Origin: an uncultured Gemmatimonadales bacterium
GTDB taxonomy: Bacteria > Gemmatimonadota > Gemmatimonadetes > Longimicrobiales > Gaopeijiaceae
Direction: 5' to 3'
Length of the DNA: 40,154 nt
Assembly: GCA_937982605.1 (NCBI GenBank)
Contig: CALJLC010000342.1
Location: 1 to 40,154, forward strand
The notes under the pieces were generated by a model. That model was not told the DNA's origin and did no database searches. It saw only the letters and a list, made by a program, of their open reading frames with translations. Both the position numbers and the translations under genes were made by a program. Of the stretch, positions 32,886-40,060 are shown one piece after another (position 1 is the stretch's first letter; each line of letters starts with the position of its first letter).

Positions 32886-33419
32886 TCATCGGGTGACGGG
32901 TCGGAGGTTGGCGAAAAGGCCATGAAGGGCGGGTGAACCCTCGATGAAGCCGGCTTCAGACTCGCCGTGGGCGTCGTGGGCCGGCGGGTCGGCCGCGAAC
33001 GTCTCCCGAAGCCCGCGGATGAGCTCCGTCTTTTCCGGCTCGGTAAGCGCCGCGTTCCGGTGAAGGACCACGTATCGAGACAGGGGCATCTCGCCGGACT
33101 CCACCATGTCGATCACCTCATCGAGCCCCTCGTTTGGGCCATCCCACTCCGAAAAGTTCAGGTGCTCCCGCCCCTCGTCGACGTCCTTTGCGATGAGCCA
33201 GGACGCGGGGGCGATGCTCGAATACCAGGGCCACACGGTCTCATTCGAGTGGCAGTCGTAGCACGCCCTCCTGGCGAGCTCGCCCGTGCGAGGTGCATCC
33301 CACGCGATCTCACGGACGACCGCGGGGTTGCGCCGATCGGCCGGGATCAGCTGGATCCCGAGACCGACCAGGAGCCCTCCCGTGAGCGCCACCACCGCGG
33401 CTTTCCTCTTTCCAGTCAC
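32886..33419 (-). CDS. Heme-binding-domain (Haem_bd) membrane-anchored protein
   Basis: GTG 33419 preceded by GGAGG with a 6-nt spacer. An N-terminal TM, then ACYDCHSNETVWPWYSSIAPASWLIAKDVDEGREHLNFSEW, the Haem_bd signature. The ORF-track N-terminal extension covers the operator. Confidence 0.7.
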   Translation of the reverse strand: MTGKRKAAVVALTGGLLVGLGIQLIPADRRNPAVVREIAWDAPRTGELARRACYDCHSNETVWPWYSSIAPASWLIAKDVDEGREHLNFSEWDGPNEGLDEVIDMVESGEMPLSRYVVLHRNAALTEPEKTELIRGLRETFAADPPAHDAHGESEAGFIEGSPALHGLFANLRPVTR

Positions 33420-33507
33420 GGGCGCACCTCCAGGCGAAGGGGAGCAGGATTCGGGACCGAGCCGTGTATGCGACCCGACCCATCCTCTGAAGTCTGGCGG
33501 AAGCCAC

Positions 33508-33545
33508 TTGAAGCGGCGGTGAATTGGTGGTGACGATCGCTTCAC
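33508..33545 (-). promoter_or_regulatory. TTCAY composite operator, copy F- (upstream of heme-bd/DUF2933/UbiB/channel operon)
   Basis: Minus strand reads GTGAAG cgat CGTCAC caccaa TTCAC cgccgc TTCAA. Ends 88 nt before GTG 33419. Confidence 0.65.
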
Positions 33546-33627
33546 GAAGAGCCGGAGCGCCGAGCTCGGCGGAGATTCGACAACAAGCCCGGCGGAACCA
33601 GACTCGAAGCGCGGCTATCTTCCCGCG

Positions 33628-34944
33628 ATGACGTCGACCGATCAACGAGATGCGGCCGCACTGCTCTCCCGCTGCTGCATCGGGCAGGCCGGCAACGGCC
33701 GTCCCTGCGGCCATGAGAACGGGTCCCGAGCGAGTGTCGTGTTTCGCGATCCGGGGGCCCTGCCCCGCGACGGCGTACTCGCAGTCGAGCTACAGGAGGA
33801 GCTCGCGCGGATCGCCGGTGTGCCCGTACGGCGCGGCCATGAGGTCCGTGTGCTCGTGGACGGTGCCGAGAGCTTCGGTGCCATGCTGGAACTGGTACGC
33901 ACGGCCACTTCGGAGATCATCTTCGAGAACTTCATCTTCCGGTCGGACTCCGTGGGCCGGGCGTTTGCGCACGAGCTGCGCGCCCGCGACGCCGAGGGGC
34001 TCGACGTTCGCGTGCTCCACGACCCTGCGGGTGCGGTGATGGCCCGTCGGCTGCCCATCGATCTCGCCTTTCGTGGGTCGACCGTCGACGTGCGGTGGTT
34101 CAATCTCGGCCCGCCTTCGGGGCGTGTCCGTGGGCTCGGACGAGATCATCGGAAGCTGGTCGTCGCCGATCGGACCCGGATCGTGGCCGGGGGGATCTGC
34201 CTCGCGGATCCGTGGGTCGGAAACTGCGTTCGGCACTGCACATGGCGGGACTCCGCCCTCCTCGTCTCCGGCCCGGCGGCCGCGGACGCGGCCTCGACGT
34301 TCGAACGTGTCTGGAGTCGGAGCCGGCGGCTGCTGCCCAACGCACCCCGCACGCATCCGCTCGTGCGGCCCCTCGTCCCGTCTCCTCGGCTCGAGGCCGG
34401 TGCGGTCCCCGTCCGGATCGTCGCGGACCTGGGCGCGGCCCGCACGACCGAGCGACTTCTGGAGCGCGTGTTTCGAGCGGCTAGACAGGAGATCCTGATC
34501 ACCAATCCCTACTTCATCCCGACGGACCGGATCCTCACGGCCCTCGTGGGCGCTGCCCGGCGAGGCATCGAGGTCCACGTGCTCGTGCCCGGGAGGAACA
34601 ACCACCCGCTCGCGGGACTGTCCGTCGAAGAGCGCGTCGGCGCGCTGCTCGACGCCGGCGTCCGGGTCTATCGATGGGGTGGCCCCATGATCCACGCAAA
34701 GTCGGTCGTGGTGGATGGCCATTGGACCCTCGTCGGATCGAGCAACCTCGACCACCTGAGTCTGACCCGAAATGCCGAGCTGAACGTGGAGGTGCATGGC
34801 ACCGCCGTGGGCAACGCCATGGCGGAGCTCTTCCGGGACGATTGCCGCCAGAGCACGCTCGTGACACGCGCTCAGTGGCACGCGAGGCCACGGCTCCGCA
34901 AGCTCGCCACACGCGCTGCCCTCCACTTGCGCAGGTGGCAGTGA
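33628..34944 (+). CDS. Phospholipase D-family protein (cardiolipin synthase-like, two HKD motifs)
   Basis: HKD motif 1 is HRKLVVADRTRIVAGG. HKD motif 2 is IHAKSVVVDGHWTLVGSSNLD. Confidence 0.8.
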   Translation: MTSTDQRDAAALLSRCCIGQAGNGRPCGHENGSRASVVFRDPGALPRDGVLAVELQEELARIAGVPVRRGHEVRVLVDGAESFGAMLELVRTATSEIIFENFIFRSDSVGRAFAHELRARDAEGLDVRVLHDPAGAVMARRLPIDLAFRGSTVDVRWFNLGPPSGRVRGLGRDHRKLVVADRTRIVAGGICLADPWVGNCVRHCTWRDSALLVSGPAAADAASTFERVWSRSRRLLPNAPRTHPLVRPLVPSPRLEAGAVPVRIVADLGAARTTERLLERVFRAARQEILITNPYFIPTDRILTALVGAARRGIEVHVLVPGRNNHPLAGLSVEERVGALLDAGVRVYRWGGPMIHAKSVVVDGHWTLVGSSNLDHLSLTRNAELNVEVHGTAVGNAMAELFRDDCRQSTLVTRAQWHARPRLRKLATRAALHLRRWQ

Positions 34945-34960
34945 CGAGGGCCGGCGCTGG

Positions 34961-36655
34961 CTAGGGCGTCGGCACGCGCTCATCGCGATGCGAGGATCCT
35001 GCCCCTTCCGCGCTCGCGTGGTCGATCATGGCGCGGTCCGAGGGCACAGGACCAAGCACGCTTCGATCGCCCGTCAGCCTCGTGTAGAGCCTGACGCCGG
35101 TCGCCGTGGTCCCGAAGAAGCCGGGGAAGCCGCTCGACGCATTGCACCACCAAAGATTCTCACAGGGCGTCTCGGGCCTCAGCCGACCGAGGTTGACGTT
35201 CGCGGGGGTGAGGGACGAGCCGTACGCATTGCCGCGGGGGGCACGAACGTAGTCCTCGTTCGTGGTCGGCGAGCCCACCACCTTCACCGCGATGTGCTTG
35301 CGGAGGCCCGGCACATAGTGCCGCTCGACGAGGTCGATGATCGCGTTGCCCACCCGATGCTTCTCTCTCCGATAGGCCCGGCGGTCCGCGTCCTTCAGCC
35401 CTCGCAGTCGGCCGAAGTCCGCGTTCGTCGCGATCTCCATGATCTGCCCCCCCGGGGGGGTCGTTCCGCGGTGCGGCGTCTGAAGGGACGCGGTCGAGAC
35501 GAACGCCCACGGATCGCTGAAGTCCCCGTGCTCCTGTCTGCGCCAGGCGCGGTCCATGCTCCAGTCGGACAGGTGCCAGGTGTTGTGCCGGCCGAAGCCG
35601 TACTCCCGCAGATCGATCCCTCTGAGCCCCAGATAGACGACGATGCCCGAAGGGGAGTACGGGTAGGACAGCGACTTCCGCCAACGCCGCGGCACCTGCC
35701 GCCAACTGATCAGCTCTCTGGCCGCCCACTGCGGATCCGCGTTGCAGATGTAGCGCTCGGCCCGGAAGACCTTCGTTCCGGCCCGCACGGCGACGACCCG
35801 TCTTCCTTCGACTTCGATGCCCGACACCTCGGTCTCGAAGTAGGCGTGACACCCGTCGTGGGCGGTGATGAATCGGATCAGCGTATCCACGTAGTGCCCG
35901 AAGTGCCGTGTCGGATAGTAGGCGCCTCGATTGTATCCGCCCATCAGACCGGCGTAGGCCATCAATGAGAGGGTGGCCGGCGGCTCGCCGAAGTCACCCG
36001 CGTTTGCGCTCAGGATCGCGCGCGCCTCACGGCTCAGACCGAACTCGTCGAACGCCTCGGCGAGCGTCCGGTTCCGATACCGAAGCAGCGTCCGGAAACG
36101 CCACCCGTGAGCCAACGCGCCCACAGCGCCCAGTGGGAGATCGCTGGGCAGGAGACGCTGCTCGGAGTGGATGCGCCGCACGAGCGCGAGGAAGCGTTCG
36201 ACCCCGGGCCTCGAGCCCGGAGCGGACGACTCGATGTTGTCCGCCAGGCGATCGAAGCCGTAGGGAATCCGGACGCGGGCGCCGCCGGGGAGCGTCACCC
36301 GATCGTATCCCGCCGGGTCCATCAGCTCGAAGGTGAGGGTGTCCTGCAGGCCGAGCCGTCGAAGGAAGAGGTCGACGGTATCGCCCGGCCCGCACCCCCA
36401 CACGTAGTGGACCTGGGCGCAGAAGCTGTAGGCGCCCATCGAGAAGGTATGCGCGTAGCCCCCGGCGGTGTCGTGCGCCTCGATCAGGCAGACCCTCCGG
36501 CCCGCGTTCGCGAGAAGCGCCCCCAGCGTGAGCGCGGAGACTCCCGTCCCGATGATGACGTCATCGTATCGATGGCCCTGCGCGTATCGACGCTCTTGTC
36601 GTGCGAGCTCGGCCGGTGTCAGCGCACCGGTGGAGTGGAGCTTCGGGCTTCTCAT
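34961..36655 (-). CDS. CrtI/phytoene-desaturase-family FAD-dependent oxidoreductase
   Basis: ORF-track 34961..37282 trimmed to ATG 36655 (ATGA overlap with the upstream gene). Dinucleotide fold DDVIIGTGVSALTLGALLANAGRRVCLIEAHDTAGG. The 564-aa length is typical of this family. Confidence 0.75.
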   Translation of the reverse strand: MRSPKLHSTGALTPAELARQERRYAQGHRYDDVIIGTGVSALTLGALLANAGRRVCLIEAHDTAGGYAHTFSMGAYSFCAQVHYVWGCGPGDTVDLFLRRLGLQDTLTFELMDPAGYDRVTLPGGARVRIPYGFDRLADNIESSAPGSRPGVERFLALVRRIHSEQRLLPSDLPLGAVGALAHGWRFRTLLRYRNRTLAEAFDEFGLSREARAILSANAGDFGEPPATLSLMAYAGLMGGYNRGAYYPTRHFGHYVDTLIRFITAHDGCHAYFETEVSGIEVEGRRVVAVRAGTKVFRAERYICNADPQWAARELISWRQVPRRWRKSLSYPYSPSGIVVYLGLRGIDLREYGFGRHNTWHLSDWSMDRAWRRQEHGDFSDPWAFVSTASLQTPHRGTTPPGGQIMEIATNADFGRLRGLKDADRRAYRREKHRVGNAIIDLVERHYVPGLRKHIAVKVVGSPTTNEDYVRAPRGNAYGSSLTPANVNLGRLRPETPCENLWWCNASSGFPGFFGTTATGVRLYTRLTGDRSVLGPVPSDRAMIDHASAEGAGSSHRDERVPTP

Positions 36656-37917
36656 GTCAGCACCCGCGGGCGTGGCCATTCCGCGCGAGCCGCCGCCGCT
36701 CCGGCACAACAGGTCAGCTCCGTCCCCCGGTCTGCGGCGCAGGTGCAGGGCACGGCAATCCGTTCGATGCGGCCAGCCACGGAGGGTTGTGCGCGCACCC
36801 GCCGAAGCGACCGAGCCCACCGCCACACAAGCCGTGTCACGCGACCATCGTGTTCGTTGATCGCGTTGGTGAGGGCGGCCATGCCGGCCCAGGCCAGGTC
36901 CGAGCGAGCGGCCCACGCGACCAGTCGCGGGGCATCGGCCTCGAGCAGGAGACGCCTGAGCATCCTGGACACGGCGAACTCGCGCTCGAAGGCCGCCCGG
37001 GCGAGCGACGGGTACTCGGCGAGGCGACCATCCAGGTACGCACCGGCGAAGAGCGCGGCTGATCGCAGCGCGTTCTGGATCCCCTCTCCCGACAGAGGGT
37101 CCGCGAGTCCCGCGGCGTCGCCCAGCAACGCGTAGTTGTCCCCGGCGAGCTTCCCGAAGTCCCCGTGCCCGAGCTGAGCCGTCCCGATGACCGCGCCGGC
37201 TCGTTCGAGCCCGGAGCACGAGCACGGTTCGCTGGAATCCCGGTACTCGTCGATCCTCCGGTCCATCTCCCCCCGCCGCCATGTGCTGTTGGGGACTCCG
37301 ATCCCCACGGATCGCTGGTGGGGCCGGGGGAAGTCCCAGAGGTATCCGGCCACGCCGGTGTAGAACCGCAGGGCCATCGAGTTCGGCGTCGGACCCGAGC
37401 CGGCGGGGTACGCTACCCGCGTCGGCGCCAGCTCCACCCTCATCTTGGGCGCGGCCACCCGGCGCACGAGGCTGGCCCCGCCGTCAGCGCCTATCAGCAG
37501 CGGAACACGGAGGGAACGGGTATCGGTCCGGAGATCCCAGCCTCCTTCGATGCCCCGCAGATCCCGGACGCGCTCACCGACATGCCTGGCGCCGGCCACG
37601 CGCGCCCTGTCCAACTGCCAGGCAGACAGCGCTCTCCGAGAAACGATCCACACGGGTCGATCGACCGGAACCGTGAAGCCGCGGGAAGCATCGACCTCGA
37701 TACGGGCGGAGTCCACGCGCTGGGCACGGGACTGGAGCTCCGTGAGGGCGGGCATGACCTCGAAGATCGGCGGCGTCAGCCCGCCGCCGCACGGCTTCTC
37801 CCAGGGAACCCGGGGGTCGACGAGCACCACGTCGCGCCCGGCACCAGCCAGAAGCTCCGCCGCTCGGGCACCCGCAGGGCCCGCACCGATCACGCCGACT
37901 TCAGCATCCCAACGCAC
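36652..37917 (-). CDS. Geranylgeranyl-reductase-family FAD-dependent oxidoreductase
   Basis: GTG 37917 preceded by AGAGGAGG. VGVIGAGPAGARAAELLAGAGRDVVLVD, LIGADGGASLVRR and ALLGDAAGLADPLSGEGI match the GG-reductase/FAD_binding_3 pattern. The ORF-track 5' extension is rejected. Confidence 0.75.
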   Translation of the reverse strand: MRWDAEVGVIGAGPAGARAAELLAGAGRDVVLVDPRVPWEKPCGGGLTPPIFEVMPALTELQSRAQRVDSARIEVDASRGFTVPVDRPVWIVSRRALSAWQLDRARVAGARHVGERVRDLRGIEGGWDLRTDTRSLRVPLLIGADGGASLVRRVAAPKMRVELAPTRVAYPAGSGPTPNSMALRFYTGVAGYLWDFPRPHQRSVGIGVPNSTWRRGEMDRRIDEYRDSSEPCSCSGLERAGAVIGTAQLGHGDFGKLAGDNYALLGDAAGLADPLSGEGIQNALRSAALFAGAYLDGRLAEYPSLARAAFEREFAVSRMLRRLLLEADAPRLVAWAARSDLAWAGMAALTNAINEHDGRVTRLVWRWARSLRRVRAQPSVAGRIERIAVPCTCAADRGTELTCCAGAAAARAEWPRPRVLT

Positions 37918-37997
37918 GTTGGCCTCCTCTCTCGTGGGGGTTTTCCGTCCACGTCCGCAGGCGCGCGGGGGCGTGGGCGCCCCCGCGCGTCCGGGGC

Positions 37998-38615
37998 TCA
38001 CGGCCCGTCGTTCCCTCCACCGGCACACCCGCCGGCCATCGCGTGCATCATCTGCATCATCGCCTCGTCCATCATGGCGCCGGCGCCCATACCGTCGGGC
38101 ATCATCGGCGACATCGCGCCCCCCCCCGCGTCCGGCTTCGCAGCCCCGTGCGCGCCCGGCATTCGCTGCGCGTCCGCGTCCTGCCTCACCATCTCGATCT
38201 GCGCCGGGGTGAGGACGGATCGAGCTTCGACGGCGCGCCGCACCATCGCCACGTGCATCGTCGCCATCCGGCTCGCCATCTCCTGCATCTCCTCGGCGTA
38301 TACATCCCAGTCCGGAGTCTCGTCGGACAACTCGGCGCACATCGCTCGCGCGTCCGTGGCCATGTGGTTCATGGCCTCTCGCCCGCCCATGGCCTCGCCC
38401 AGCTCCTCTAGGCGCGATGTCTGCGCCGGCGACAGACCCAGCCTGTCCGCCTGGCTCAGGAGCCGCGCCGGCATGAACGCCATCATCTGCATCCCCATCA
38501 TCGGGGACGGGTTCGCTGCCGTCGCTTCGTCGTGTCGGTGCTGCGCTGAAGCCGGCATCGCCGACATTAGCAGGCCCAGGGACAAGGCAAGGGCCGAAAT
38601 CCTCGGAATCGTCAT
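37998..38615 (-). CDS. Met/His-rich periplasmic protein, Spy/CpxP-like (LTxxQ repeats)
   Basis: Signal peptide (...AMPASAQ). LSPAQTSRL and LTPAQIEMV are LTxxQ-type motifs. Met clusters MMGMQMMAFM and MSPMMPDGMGAGAMMDEAMMQMMHAM are typical of Cu(I)-binding periplasmic proteins. Confidence 0.65.
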   Translation of the reverse strand: MTIPRISALALSLGLLMSAMPASAQHRHDEATAANPSPMMGMQMMAFMPARLLSQADRLGLSPAQTSRLEELGEAMGGREAMNHMATDARAMCAELSDETPDWDVYAEEMQEMASRMATMHVAMVRRAVEARSVLTPAQIEMVRQDADAQRMPGAHGAAKPDAGGGAMSPMMPDGMGAGAMMDEAMMQMMHAMAGGCAGGGNDGP

Positions 38616-38719
38616 CTCGAGTCACCTTCCGTTCGTTCGGTTCGGGCATCTCGTTCAGGTCCGAAGCGGCGCCGAACCGCACCAGCCGCTCCTGACGCAC
38701 TGATCATCTCATGCGCAGG

Positions 38720-38757
38720 GTGAACGAGCGGTGAATCTCCCATGAGCGTCGTTTCAT
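38720..38757 (-). promoter_or_regulatory. TTCAY composite operator, copy G- (upstream of Met-rich/GGR/CrtI operon)
   Basis: Minus strand reads ATGAAA cgac GCTCAT gggaga TTCAC cgctcg TTCAC. Ends 104 nt before ATG 38615. Confidence 0.65.
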
Positions 38758-38773
38758 CGACGCCGGGATGGCA

Positions 38774-38811
38774 ATGAAGGCACGTTCACGCCGACTTCAC
38801 GCCGGCTTCAG
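38774..38811 (+). promoter_or_regulatory. TTCAY composite operator, copy G+ (upstream of TlpA-like gene)
   Basis: ATGAAG gcac GTTCAC gccgac TTCAC gccggc TTCAG. Repeats start at 38785, 38796 and 38807. Lies 16 bp from copy G-. Confidence 0.7.
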
Positions 38812-38906
38812 ACGCCGGCTGCGAAGGTCGGGTGCCGGACTCGAAGCAGGAGACGCTCCACACACCGATGCCGTCCCCACCCCTCTCGCGCCCACGCGCG
38901 TACGCG

Positions 38907-39473
38907 ATGGCAGGCCTCATGGTTCTGCTCGTGCTCGGAGTCGCATGGACCACACGCGAGTCCCGAGCGTTTCCCGGCCCGGGGGTCCGAGCCCCCATCT
39001 TCTCGGCCGCGACGCTCGACGGTGACACGGTGTCTCTGGACGACTACCTCGGGCAGGTCGTACTGCTCAACATCTGGGCGACCTGGTGTCCTCCCTGTCG
39101 GGAGGAGATGCCATCGATGCAGCGGCTCTACGAGGAGTTCCGGTCGCGCGGCGAAGCCTTCGCGATCCTCGCCGTCAGCATCGACGCGCCGGCCGGACAC
39201 CGCGATGCGGCCGGCAACGTCGGAGGTGATCTGGCGGCGTTCGCGCGGGAGTACGGGCTGACATTCCCGATCCTCCACGATCCGTCCGGTCGGGTTCAGA
39301 GCGTTTTTCTCACGACCGGGGTCCCGGAGTCCTTCGTGATCGATCGAGAGGGAGTCATCCGGACGCGGGTCGCAGGCGCAACCGAGTGGGACGCGCCGCA
39401 ACGCCGGCAAGCCATCGCGCGCCTCCTGGGCTCGCAGCTGCCCATGGACTCGGCCCTCGCAACCAGCCGATGA
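38907..39473 (+). CDS. TlpA-family thiol:disulfide oxidoreductase (membrane-anchored thioredoxin-like)
   Basis: WATWCPPCREEMP active site in a thioredoxin fold. Start set at ATG 38907 (MAGLMVLLVLGVAW, TM anchor), 95 nt after the operator. ORF-track start 38832 and ATG 38868 are in-frame alternatives. Confidence 0.8.
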   Translation: MAGLMVLLVLGVAWTTRESRAFPGPGVRAPIFSAATLDGDTVSLDDYLGQVVLLNIWATWCPPCREEMPSMQRLYEEFRSRGEAFAILAVSIDAPAGHRDAAGNVGGDLAAFAREYGLTFPILHDPSGRVQSVFLTTGVPESFVIDREGVIRTRVAGATEWDAPQRRQAIARLLGSQLPMDSALATSR

Positions 39474-39495
39474 CCAGCGACTCGGTGATGCGATC

Positions 39496-39533
39496 CTGAA
39501 CGAGGATTCACCTCGATTTCACCACGACTTCAG
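39496..39533 (+). promoter_or_regulatory. TTCAY composite operator, copy H+ (upstream of YHS/HMA-like pair)
   Basis: CTGAAC gagg ATTCAC ctcgat TTCAC cacgac TTCAG. Repeats start at 39507, 39518 and 39529. Ends 72 nt before ATG 39606. Confidence 0.65.
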
Positions 39534-39605
39534 CCCGAGTCGACCATCATGAGTCGGAGCCTGGCCGGTCTGATCAGGCCTTTCCCGGCACATGGGAGCG
39601 ACACG

Positions 39606-39788
39606 ATGCAGGTACACGACGAGGTCTGCGGGATGACGATCGACCGGCAGACGGCTACAGCCAGCTTCGAGTTCGAGGGGCGGCGATACTACTTCTGCTC
39701 TCAGCGCTGCAAGCGCCTGTTCGCCGAGCATCCCGACTGGTACGTGGCAGTGGGTACGGACGACGGGTCGACGGGCTCGAAGAGGTGA
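39606..39788 (+). CDS. Stand-alone YHS/TRASH-domain metal-binding protein (60 aa)
   Basis: ATG 39606 with GGGAG 8 nt upstream. MQVHDEVCGMTIDRQTATASFEFEGRRYYFCSQRCKRLFAEHPDWY. ORF-track start 39549 would sit only 15 nt after the operator. Confidence 0.7.
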   Translation: MQVHDEVCGMTIDRQTATASFEFEGRRYYFCSQRCKRLFAEHPDWYVAVGTDDGSTGSKR

Positions 39789-40060
39789 CCATGGCGACGA
39801 AGCGGCCTGGCCCGGACCTCGGCCCCGAAGCTGAGGGCTCCGCAGGCGCGATCGAGATCCGGCTTCCTCTCCTCGGAGCGTCGTGCCTCGCGTCCACCCG
39901 GCTCGTCCTCGAGCGGGTGCTGGCGGAACTGCCCGGCGTGACGGAAGCGTACGTCAACCCGGCAACGGAGTCGGCGTATCTCACCGTGGACCCTCGGCGA
40001 TTCGAGGCTGCGCCGGTCGTCGAGGCACTGGGCAGGTTCGGGCTTCGGACGCTCATCTGA
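39785..40060 (+). CDS. HMA-like (heavy-metal-associated fold) protein with degenerate CxxC (CxxS)
   Basis: GTG 39785 overlaps the YHS stop (GTGA). IEIRLPLLGASCLASTRLVLERVLAELPGVTEAYVNPATESAYLTVDP follows the HMA ferredoxin-like pattern, but GMTCxxC reads GASCLAS. Confidence 0.55.
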   Translation: MTMATKRPGPDLGPEAEGSAGAIEIRLPLLGASCLASTRLVLERVLAELPGVTEAYVNPATESAYLTVDPRRFEAAPVVEALGRFGLRTLI

